A stretch of 58,819 bases of DNA, counting the filler, from Basidiobolus ranarum (lineage: Eukaryota), in assembly GCA_040143965.1 (NCBI GenBank). It is 5 parts of 5 records of this genome, joined end to end, with 100 filler letters (N's around TTAATTAATTAA, not from the genome) between each part and the next. Parts side by side here need not be neighbours in the genome. Positions count along the whole stretch, not along the records: positions 47,159 to 58,819 come from JASJQH010007472.1; 4 more parts are not named here. One strand, 5' to 3'. Every line of letters begins with the position of its first letter. Position 1 is the stretch's first letter. Shown here piece after piece: positions 47,348 to 58,819 of the stretch. Made by a program: the position numbers and the translations under genes. Under the pieces are notes generated by a model. That model saw only the letters and a list, made by a program, of their open reading frames with translations. It did no database searches and was not told the origin of the DNA.

Positions 47348-50300
47348 TACCTATTGTTATCACTACAAGGCATTAAGTACCTGATTTTTTTGCAGTGAAT
47401 AAAGTCCATGTATCAGAATGGTTGAAGTTTAAGAAAATTGGTATAAAACAAATAATTGTTGATAAGATAAGAACTTTATTATAAGTTTGATGGCGGATTC
47501 ACTAGGTCAACTTTTAGCCAATTATCTTGTGATCTTTATGTAATGAACAGAATTTAGTCATCCACAAGGAAAATTTCTTCTGTGAAAATGGTAAATACCA
47601 ATATTCTCAATTTCTGTTCTTCATCTGATGGTATGTTCGTTGATGAACACTCCAATTCAAAATATTATGCTGTAAGTACTTTGGATTTACTGAAACTTTT
47701 AATGAAATAAGGAAGAAAACAGAAGGCACAGGATACTACGGATTCCACTTTGGAAATTTGCAGTGAATATGCATCCTTCATTCTAAAATCCTGCTATATA
47801 ATTCAATTGGACTACAGAATGGGATGTTTAATAAATGAATATACTCCATATCAGATACCATACAAACAGCGACATGATCACAGCCTCCAAGTCATTTGAC
47901 ACTTGCTCGCCATTTGATGCACAATTGCATGCGATTGAGAGGAATATTAATTTGCACATATGCCTCGAATGCCCTTTGCCACTCGCCCTTTATTCATATT
48001 TAATTTGTTGGGCTCCAAACAAGCAAACGGAGATAAGATAAGAGCCCAAGCCAGATCTATATAAGCACAGTTGTATTATATCAGAGATAACTAGAATGTA
48101 GAGGGGATGGACATGGTCGTTACTACTCCAGACCATAGCCAATAATATGGTTACACCCTGGTTATCGCTATAGGATCCTGCACAGTAATGAAGATTGCCC
48201 ATATTTAGTAAGGAAATGGATTATGATTGAAAATAGACCACTTAATATAACCATTGAGGAAATAAAATTGAATAATAGATCTAGGTTAAGCTTCCAACAT
48301 CTAAGGAAATCTTCCTAGCCAAGTCCTCCAACTACTCCAGTCCATCAAACTCTGGATGAATTGAAAGCCGGCGTTGACTTTAGGAATTCCAAAGATCGAA
48401 TACTTGAATCTTCAAATAATCTCATCAAGATAAGGAAACTCGGATTAAGACAATCGACTCCGATCTTCTCAACAAATACTTTCTGAAGCTGATCCATCCG
48501 GTTCCGCCTCATCCTATCATCGCACACTTGCTCGGAATTAATTCCCTTTGGGTGATGTTGGTTTTGAAACCCAGGCGAGCAGGGATAATCCTCATAGGAT
48601 CCACTCACATTCTTTATCCAGCATGCTTATGAGAGGAAAACCCTCGCCTAAGCAGCGACGTTGCTTGAATTACTGGTATCTCTCAACTTGGTCACCAAAG
48701 ATTGATTCATTGACCTTTGATGTCGTTCGATATAACAACATGGTTTAGATATATTTAGATCGGTCTCATGTGATTGGGCATTCAGTGGGACAAGTTCGAG
48801 GTGAAGTGCAAACTTAAGAGATCATTTAACCATATTAGCTTGGCTTTCTGCACGCCTCAAGCAGCAGAAATGGGATCAATATGGTAAATCGTGACCCCCC
48901 TAATAATAGTCTAATTTATGACTAACACCATGGCACTAATGACGATGGCTTGATGGTGACGTTTAGGTTTCCAATTTACACCAGCATTCTGACATATCAG
49001 CAGTTGTACATGTTTACTCATAGGAGAGACTTTTAGAAACCCAGCCTTGATGAAGCATCGGATGCAGGATGAGAATTGTTGACTCAACCGCCTGTGATGG
49101 AATGGGCTCCTGGCCTTGTTAGGCTATAACGACATTCATCAGGAGATTTGGTATCTGATACTAACTGGTTTACTCTTCACATCATTTCCGCACACATGAC
49201 GAGAGGAGAGGTGTCCCGTAAGGTTAGTGATACTTTTTGATGACTTGTACTGGTAGTGCCATTTCTATCCATAAGAAATATTTTCCGAAAGTTAATCTAA
49301 GATACACATAAATATGGCGCGTTGTCTGATTCATGTTTGTTTTCTACCACTACGTTACAATCGGTGCTTCATGGTATATTATACGACCCATCTGGCCTTT
49401 TAACCTCAACTGACCGGATGGCAGTATAGGCTCTGTGTAGAACGTCGTACCTCAGCAATTGCATGGTCTGTGTCACCTTCCTATAACGGCATTCTGATAC
49501 TCTCTGCTATCTAGCAACTCAGTGGTATTCCGCCAAAACCGGTAATCAAACGAGCTTTTGACTGAATGTGGCAAGATGAATGTCAATGATAAACTCATCA
49601 ATTGATCTGATAAACGCTGAAAGACCTGTCCATCCTTAGCGTAGATAAGCCATTACCAACAGTCTGCCCACTACAGCAGAGTTGGTTCCCTAGATATGTT
49701 GTGCTATTTCGGTTGTTGTTGCTCTATTTCTGGGGCAGGAATTGGCACATCAAATGATCAGGAATGAACCTTCCGAACCAGTACTCAGTATCGAATCATA
49801 GCCGGGTTTATTCAGGTTTCCCATGGCCAATTGCTTGAATAACACCGGTACAGGCCGATCTGAAACAATCAAATTAAGACGGAGCAGATGTTGCTTGGAG
49901 ATCAAAGACCATCGAGTCATCACTAATAACCCTCACGCTGCAACGAGTCACGCTGTATACTTATATCGATGCTATTCTAGCTGACAAACATTCCCATCCA
50001 GATCTCCCATGACACCCATATTGCTTGGGAAAGAAGCCAATATCACAATAAGAATATCCCGAATCACTTGGATCCGTAACCAGGCGAGCAGGGTTTCGCT
50101 CATATTCATGGCCTCTGTCTAGAGCTATGTATATGTCGGGATGGATTCAAATTCGATATAATTTTCCATTCCATCTGGAGGAATGCTTCTAAATGGTAGC
50201 AGGTAAATACAAACAAGGTTCGAATCGTTTATTGGTGCTGATTGAGATCTACCGAATACCGATGATCCGGTCAAATAGGGAACCACAATGAGGAAGGATT

Positions 50301-50423
50301 GGACTAATTATATCGCAGGGATATATTATTGAGTTACTAGCATTGTACATGCTCTAGGCAAGTCGAATCTATTTTCAATCAAGTGTGCGTCTCAAGTCAT
50401 TTAGCAGATGACTCTGATGTGCA

Positions 50424-51629
50424 TTAGTCTTCAGATCGGCGCGAACGGACGTCGTTTCGTATTGGGATCTTTAGACCTTGCTTGGCGAAAGCCTTGGATA
50501 GCTCGGTGGACTCTATGCACGAGTATGAAAACAATTAAACAGATATCCACCAATCACAGTGAGATTTGGATTTATAGTATACCGGTCATCCCAGGGAACT
50601 TCTTCGCCGAGAACACTGTAAACGCATCGGAGAAAGCGCATGCCAGTATTTTGGAATTGCTATCCATAGGGGGGGTTTCTCTAAAATTAAGTCAGCGAGA
50701 GATTAACTCCGAAAGTTCACCTTGCCTTCGTAAAAATGATGTATGTTTTGTTACCCTCCAAGTCTGATCAAGTTGAATTTGAGGCAATATCTTCCCTCAA
50801 TACGAATACTAAGATCTGGAAAGCAAAAATAGCAGCCCTGCTCTCCTTCAGGGATCTTCAACAGATTGGCGGAGGCCACCAGCGAGCCCATTAGCACCCT
50901 AGTACATTTTGAATTACTGGTGATGATGTTCCGCTCCTCTTGCCTATCCTCTGACCAAAGTGTGACATGAAGTACATAGAAAGGGTCTTGAACAGCCCTG
51001 GAAGGATGGAGCCATGACTCAATAACACTGTCAGTGAATGATATTTCCGAGGACGTTACTTACGTTGTATCGACTCTTCCCCGCTGATCTCTAACTACCA
51101 ACTGTATTATTGGCGGTGGATCAATGGGTCTTCTATCTTTTTCACCAAATCCACACATTCGTGCGTGATGTGGGTGCTGTCTTACTATTAGCTCGAACGA
51201 TCTTCTATTGGAAGCGGAAGTTAGCTCGACCACGCTGGAATTAACTATCGAAGACTTACTTGAAGTTCTCGGGTTCCGGTTGAAGGCTAGGATTCTTTCG
51301 CATGGATCCTAGGTTGTAGTTCGAGGGGTGCATATTCATGGATATATTGCTATGTGAAAAGCCACTTGTTGTAATCTGCCTCGAGGTATAGAGGGGAGTG
51401 CTGGTCGAAGGGCCTAGAATCCCTGGAGCGATCGGGGATGGGTATGGTGGTCTATCATATTCACGTCTGTGAGTGCTTCCCTCACCCTGCTCCCATTTCT
51501 CTGAATACGTCAGGTCTTGGGCTTCTAAAGAAGAGCGAATCGATTGATTTAGTGAGATATTGCAAGCCTAGAAATGGTATACTGCATACTTTGATGAATG
51601 TTATCAGTGTTTTGAAAGCATGGTCTCAT
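50424..51629 (-). CDS. Velvet-domain transcription factor; about 6 exons (not in the ORF track)
   Basis: Manual splicing gives [64 protein letters not shown] and [36 protein letters not shown]. The start codon is less certain than the domain. Confidence 0.9.
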
Positions 51630-54600
51630 GTTGATAAGGTTGAAATAAACGTGGTTTGTGGAATGGGATTTGTAGGAGGCTGAACAAATAATTGTGTTTC
51701 TATTTGTGAAGTCTGGATCGCAGGATTTTTACTTTGATCTTGGAGCTGTTCATGCAGCTTTTATAGAAAAATCCGCGATGCTTAGTTGATTCGATTGAAA
51801 TTTAAAGATTCTGCTACAGAAGAAAATCTAATGGTGAATATATTGTAAACCCATTTCATTGGCGATGTGACAGCTGGTAAATTAAACGAGTGATTTCCTG
51901 TGGACTGCATATTGCATTGAATTTATTTCTTTAAAGGTACGTCTGTTGAATAGAAATCACTCTTCATTTAGTAATGGATGCAAAATGATGGATCTGGTCA
52001 TAGTATATTTTATAAAGCTGACTAGAATATCAACCAACAAACTCCCACATCCATTCAGGTTTCGGTACCACTTGACTCATCATTTCCCTAGTGGTGTCCC
52101 CTCGTGGGCTACCAGTTTTTTATGCTAAAGATCTGTTGTACCACTTGAAATTAGCTTGATGTAACCTATGTTTGTTAACGAGATTCTTGAGGAACCCATA
52201 GTTCATTCCTCAAGCTACCTTTTTCGACTACTCAGAGGGGCAGGATGAGCCATCATATGCAATCACCTAAGGTTCCCAAACCAAGCAAGGTTTTACATCT
52301 GCTTAGATATAAACAGCGAAACTAACTTACAAAAGCGGTCCAATCACTCTTTCCACTTCCCCATTATACTAAACATGGTGATTTCAAGAGACGACGAAGA
52401 ATCATTGGAGTTCATCGGTTACGCCAACGAAATTTCTCGGTTTTAGAGGACCGACCGTGTCTATTTGGATATTTTCTACTCTGTTTAGACTATGTGATAA
52501 GCGCTTTATTCAACGGTCTATGAAAATCATCTCTACAGCATTGCATGGGTCTGCCCATAGAAACCGAATTCGCCTATCTACGAACCTACATGTAGTGTTC
52601 GCTAGCTATAATGAACTTAGAACAGGTAGGTAGACATCCTAAGTACTAGTGATATGGCTGATTCGCAATTTAGCCTGAAAGAGTCAAAGCATAGACTTAC
52701 TGATGCACTTAACGCCAACATATGACATCTATAATCCCGCGTCTTCTCCGAAGAAATACTGATCGCATATATCAAAAACCATCAGCAACCCCATCACTCA
52801 TGGGATTTTAATTTTGTTGATTCCATGAGTCATCTGGAGTTGTGGCTAGAACCTGAACAGCTGAAGTCTTCGAGATTAATCCGAATGAACCAAACTTGGT
52901 CGCGGGTTTTCGTCGTGGTTCTCAGAAAGGATCTAAAATTAGATATCACAATACTTCATTGGCATAGGAAATTGTAGGTAAAGGCCTTTAGTCGCCCACT
53001 AGAATCCATTTCAAGAATGGAAATGGAGACATTTCCTACAAAAGGACTTTGTTCAACAGAACATTCGTAAATTAGTCAATGTACTTTTGACTTTCAACAC
53101 GATTCAGCACCATCACGAGTTCACCAATGGATTCATTACATCTTAGGTGTAGGCAGCACCACAAATTTGGCTTGGATATGTAATCGACTTGATATTTTGT
53201 AAGCAATTGACACGAGGGAACAAACAACCTCAAGATAACGATGAATAAGAATTCGTAAGCAGAGTGCGATAATCGTAAAACTAAATCTCTAAAGCATATG
53301 CTAAGCGTTGGCTCAATATAGCGTATCCGAGTAGGATCTTGTGGGAATCATTAGGATCGGAGATCAAAACCTCACTGTTCCAAACCTTTATATAGGTATC
53401 TAATCTGAGCACTTCGGAAGCATGATCCACCAGTTCCACCTGTGACCTAGCTCCAAGCGAATTTACCCGAGACCTTGATATACTGCGAACTAAATGAAAG
53501 CAAGAGATCAAGATCTCGAAGCCTATGGCGATGACATATGTACTGTAGCCTTTCCCATCACAGTTAATCAAACCATACCCGTATGTGGCAAGTCTCGGAT
53601 AGAAAGAACGGAGAAATCAAGATCACGTACCACTGCAAATACAAGATTTCGGAAATACCCACCGAATATCGTAAGTGTTAGCAAATGAGAATGCTGGTTG
53701 GCTGTGGCTCTCGATCTTCTAAGCATTGAACTTCGAACAATCTAATGATGAAAATCTTCGGAGAGTATCCCTTGGATAAAGTTGATCTCAAAATCAAGGT
53801 TAGATCGCTTCTCATTGGCGATTCTGTGTCTCTTCGCATCCGCAATAGTCTTGGGAAATTCCGCCTACGTTATGAATATGTCATTTCGATCTCCTAATCA
53901 CAAAGCATTTCATTGATATCTAGGGACCAAGATAGCCGGTATTTATGACCCTTTTATTTCACAAAAAGTGTTCTCAAAAGTTGCTATGCATCCAGATACT
54001 CATGTAAACCAGTATCTCGCCGAATTCGGGCTTTAGGGACTAATTTGGAATGAATGTATTGTTTATAGGGTTTTATTGTAAAATGCTACCAACTGTTGAT
54101 CCGGTCCAATATGAAGAGGTAGTACAAACTTGTATGTAATTAAGTTATGCTCCGATATCCTACCTACGATTAACTATAATAAGGGCGAGAGTTTATGATT
54201 ATTATATTGCAGTGCCTATATACGCAAGCAGTATTAATTATATATGATTCACAATTCGTGGGCTAAACCACTCTCCATTGGAGTTTGACTTTTTTTATAT
54301 AAAGTCTGATAATCCACCAGACTTACGTCAGAGTTAATCAGTAGTGATGTCTGTGGCTATGGTTTGTTTTCATAGATGTTCTGTATCAGATATATACACC
54401 GAGTTTTTCAAAGAACAATACCGTGGTGTCAAGATGGAGCGGCCATGATATGGATATCCTTACTGAAATGCGCTTGTTACAACGAATGCTCATGATGAGA
54501 TACTGAACCGCAAGTGCCTCTTCAACATGATCTTGCTATACCTTGAATCTCCAGGTCAACCTACGTTAAGCCAAGAAGCTCGAATGGCCATCAATACTTT

Positions 54601-57125
54601 GTCTATAGCAAAAGTAATATTCTGTAATTACAATCATCAACAGTTTGTTTGTAATAGAATATCAGTTTCATCACCTGTGATATGACAATAGACTTGGCCA
54701 TTGCTTTAGCTTTAGCCACGTATGATTACAATATTGTAAACGTAGAGAACAAAAGCCAAATATATTACTATTCGGATTAACCAATTTATTCTTGTACTAT
54801 GCATCGAAAATGGTAATTTTATAGGCTATTCAGGGATATCAAGTAATTTCCTTGCTATAAGGTCAGAATTGAATCACTGCGTGGTGAAGGTGGTGCCCGA
54901 AACTTTCCAAGCTGTTTGGCCAACGCTTCTGAGTGTTCGATTTTAAACTGGAGGATTAGTAGTACAGCTGAAGGTTACAGTCAACCTAAGAAAGTAAACT
55001 ACCATCCAACTGGCAACTAGCGGTACTGTGTCTCCTACATAATCAGACTTGTATGAAAAATACCCAAATCATTGAAATGTACGTCGTTAAATCAGTGCTT
55101 AGTGATTGAATCGACATTATAAAAATCAAAATACCCCCTATTTTCTTAACCGGGGTTTATGTCGTACAATGACGATAGATAAAAAAGGGAGCATTATGGT
55201 CAACTGATAAAATCTACTCTTCGTTGGTGTTACATTATACTTGTTAAAGGATGTCAGTCATATTGGCTACTCATTAATGCTTTTAAGGCTAGTTAGTATC
55301 AGCATGATACTTATGCTTACGCTGCTATCATAGGCACTAACATAAATATATAGACTTCCAATTCACCGCCTATCAAGGAGCTACTGTATGAAAAACTGGC
55401 TACATTCTGTACTATTGAGTGTATGCAATAAAATGGTATGCCTGGTATAGCAATGGATATAACTTGTGCATAGTAATTATTTGCTCAAGATGTTGTTGCA
55501 TCACGCATGATATGGAGCAAATTAGAGTGCTTCATTTGCAGCCAAGACTGGGCGAAGGCAATTCATGCACTTGCACTTTCACTACTTTGTTGCAAAATAA
55601 AGCTAAAGTCAAGTAATAAAATATTTGATTTTTGCTCAGTTTAAGATACTAGAACTTATTGCCTATTCCCGTAATTGACGAACAAACATGGGGATGATGC
55701 ATTTTACTCCAAGAAATATATGTTACTGTAGATCCTAAAGATAATCGAAAGAGCGTCCAGCAAGCGATCTTTGGTCACTATACTTCCATTCTGATGGTCT
55801 TGAGCTAACTTATGTAAGATCAAACTACTGTTGGGGAGCTAATCTAATTATTAATATATGTGCCAATAACTGCTCAGCCATATGAAACCTAGGCTAAAGT
55901 ATGTTTCATATCTTAAAACTCACTATACTATGGATATAGCCAGGTTTTGCTGAATAATCACGTACTAATAGTCGCTCTTGACATTAAGAAGACCTCTGTG
56001 ACCAACATAAAGAGGCACACTTGATCATAAAACGATGCGAGTGGAGAGCTTAAGTACCAGACTGATTAACATTCACTAGCATCAGAGTCTAGCCCAGTTG
56101 TTTTTAGACATCGTCATAGAGTTTTCTGAGTGGAATGTGAAGACCGCCACAGATTCATTTACCATTGTGTGCATTTTGGGTATCCTACTCCAGGGTACAC
56201 TTCATTCTTGTCACTAAAAAAGTTCATGAAAAATACTCATAATCAACTGCTCTAGTTGACAAATTGTGGGAGTCTCAATAGGTTAATATATCGCAATACT
56301 GCCTTTTGTGACATGTTTAGCACTGCTTGGAGAGTCTCAATCAACAAATACTGCGGTGTATTAATCTGAGACCCTCCTTGACTACGTTAGTTATCGATTA
56401 CAGTCACTTGGTCAGTCAGAGGCTATCACCTTTGTTGACTTTAAATGGAAGCCACTCCTTGGACTGATGATCGTAGGATCTTCTGCTAGCAAGAGAATGA
56501 TTGAGATTCATAATGTAGGTGTCACGGACGGGCTAACGGGAATTAAGGAATACGTTTCATTGCCGCATGCATGTAAGGTTTCTGTAGGTTTCTCATGACT
56601 GGCATGGTTGATCCTGTCATTGTCATCCTGATCATCTTCATAATAGCCTGTAATCCATTGCATATAGAAAGCATACCATTCTAATGATCCCACTTCATGT
56701 AGCTGATAGCCCTGGAAAGGATATGGTGCTTCCAGTCGTAAGTTTCTTCTGATTCCTTTTCAGGGACTTACAAGCCTCAGAGAGTTTGAGGTGCTGGCTT
56801 CCTGTCTTGGATTTAAGTCCCCAGTTTCACTTTTGAAAATACCGTGGGGTTTACGCCAGGTAATCTGGTTCTTGTTGCATGCATCAAACTAGTTGTTGTT
56901 TCATAGAGTTAAGGCTTTATTTCTAATTAATGGGGTTTATCTACAATGGGGAAATTTAGTCGTGATAAGAACGGATAATGCTAGCAATCATCGTGTTTAC
57001 ATTGGGTGATGGTAGCTTTTGGGAATTTCTAGATAGATAGAATACATCACATCACTAGAATTTAGTTTAGATGGAGAGAATCCTCTAGCGATAATCTTTG
57101 TACAAAACTCAGCCCGCTCTAATAG

Positions 57126-57344
57126 TTAAACTTTACTGGCAACGCACTTCTCGCTCAATAGACGGTCGGCGTAGCGTTCAAACGAATGCTGCTTACATAT
57201 TGTTAGATTTGGACAGGCGTGGGTTTCTGGCAAACGATGTAATCCGCAGAACTTCTGCTCGCAATATCTACACAGTCCTATAATCCGAATGGCACGATCG
57301 TAGCAGCCAACGATATCGCACTTCTGGATCTTCCTATTTTGCAT
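57126..57344 (-). CDS. Stand-alone AN1-type zinc-finger protein (72 aa)
   Basis: C-x4-[18 protein letters not shown]. Close paralog of the tail of 58123..58569. TATAAAA upstream. Confidence 0.85.
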   Translation of the reverse strand: MQNRKIQKCDIVGCYDRAIRIIGLCRYCEQKFCGLHRLPETHACPNLTICKQHSFERYADRLLSEKCVASKV

Positions 57345-57636
57345 GGTATGGTTAAAGTGGTTCTCCTAAGTAGAAGGGAAATTAAATGAAAATGTGGACT
57401 GTTAGGTAAAGTTCGAATAAATGAATCCGAAATTTTATCATTCCCTTTCCAACTGACCACCCCTTTTATACTATCTGAAGAGAGTAATCTCCCGAAATAC
57501 CCGAATTGGAAAGCGCAGTCCCGACACATCCCCAAACTCTCCGAGACTGGTTTCCCTGAAAAAAATCCAGTTACATTCAACGGTTTCGCCTTCCCTTACT
57601 CACCCTTCTTTTTTCTTCAGAACAGAACCGGCGGGG

Positions 57637-57644
57637 TGACGTCA
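57637..57644. promoter_or_regulatory. Perfect CRE palindrome TGACGTCA (candidate ATF/CREB bZIP site) upstream of the AN1 gene
   Basis: Sequence match only, about 290 nt upstream of ATG 57344. Confidence 0.3.
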
Positions 57645-58122
57645 TTCTCGGATTGTGTTTGCTACCTATGAAGATATAAAATTCATTTCTTTTTAATTAG
57701 TCGGGTCACTTGCCCTAGGCGGATGTGGCCTTGAACAGCATGTAGCAGGCTGTTGTGTAAAACTGAAGCAGTCAGGGGTTGCACCTCGAAGGACTCAGGT
57801 AAAGCATGCAGCTATACATAGCTTCTGTACATCTTTACATGAACTACTGAATCTAGAGTCTGGTACCGTTGAATTCCAGATCACCTCTAACTGCAGTCAC
57901 TGATCAACGAAGCAACTCCTTGGTCCCAATTCCAAGAGTAATAAATATATCTCTGTATACATGTAAGCTAAAATTTCCGTTGTACAGGCCACGAACATTT
58001 TATTAGAAGAAAAATTACAATTAATGGTACAATATCAACTAAAGTACAGAAGCGAAATAAGAGTGTTCGGTTGATGACATACAAATCGGATGAGCAATAT
58101 TGGCTTTAATTACAAGCTCAGT

Positions 58123-58602
<480 letters not shown>

Positions 58603-58819
58603 TCAAGGATAGGGTGCTTCGTAAAGGAGCGTAATTGAAGAGTAGTTGTATATTGCATCCAGAAAGAGGTATTGGCTTTATATATTGGATTTAGGATGAA
58701 TCAGAATCAATCTGTAAATACCGATCGGAAATCCTTTGTCAACAATAGCATCTATTTCGTGGTTTGAACGACGCGTAATTTACTCATGTGATTTTGGTGG
58801 AATCATATCACCACTCACA

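Noticed and set aside
22617-47397. CACTACAAG motifs at about 22617, 22897 and 47361 as CACTA transposon ends
   Set aside because: No convincing paired terminal inverted repeat, no 3-bp target-site duplication and no transposase were found.
48571-50093. Shared 14-mer CCAGGCGAGCAGGG at 48571 and 50080
   Set aside because: Similarity does not extend into the flanks, so it cannot be shown to be an LTR or a duplication.
56200-56880. Possible Fanzor/TnpB-like remnant suggested by YSLIPVSPS
   Set aside because: No RuvC or zinc-finger motifs could be read, and the similarity is too short to support a call.

Overview
Intron-rich, AT-rich eukaryotic DNA from a fungus. An early-diverging lineage (Zoopagomycota/Mucoromycota-like, e.g. 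Basidiobolus) is inferred from the gene set and the minor-spliceosome introns, but is not proven. The window is five contigs joined by 100-nt N spacers that carry an artificial TTAATTAATTAA linker, so adjacency across the gaps is uncertain. Contig 1 holds two intronless tandem class-3 lipase/P-loop GTPase fusion genes, an Hsp70 pseudogene, a secreted ricin-B-like/PI-PLC-X gene and a CpG-free repeat. Contigs 2-3 are mostly housekeeping genes: INPP5B/OCRL-like 5-phosphatase, histidine phosphatase, RNASEK/V-ATPase f, PP6/Sit4, delta-8 sphingolipid desaturase, Cla4-type PAK, amino-acid transporter, Chs7 and a 2OG-Fe(II) oxygenase. They also contain three small orphan genes and two AT-AC U12-type introns. 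Contig 4 is entirely a tandem array (7 intact copies, 1 gap-truncated copy, several pseudogenes) of secreted proteins built as signal peptide + Q/P-rich and acidic spacer + R-x-x-R site + a nearly invariant 23-aa cationic/aromatic tail. This looks like an undescribed prepro-peptide family and is the best candidate for a new system. Contig 5 is gene-poor, with a spliced velvet-domain gene missed by the ORF track and a ubiquitin-AN1 zinc-finger fusion next to a ubiquitin-less AN1 paralog.
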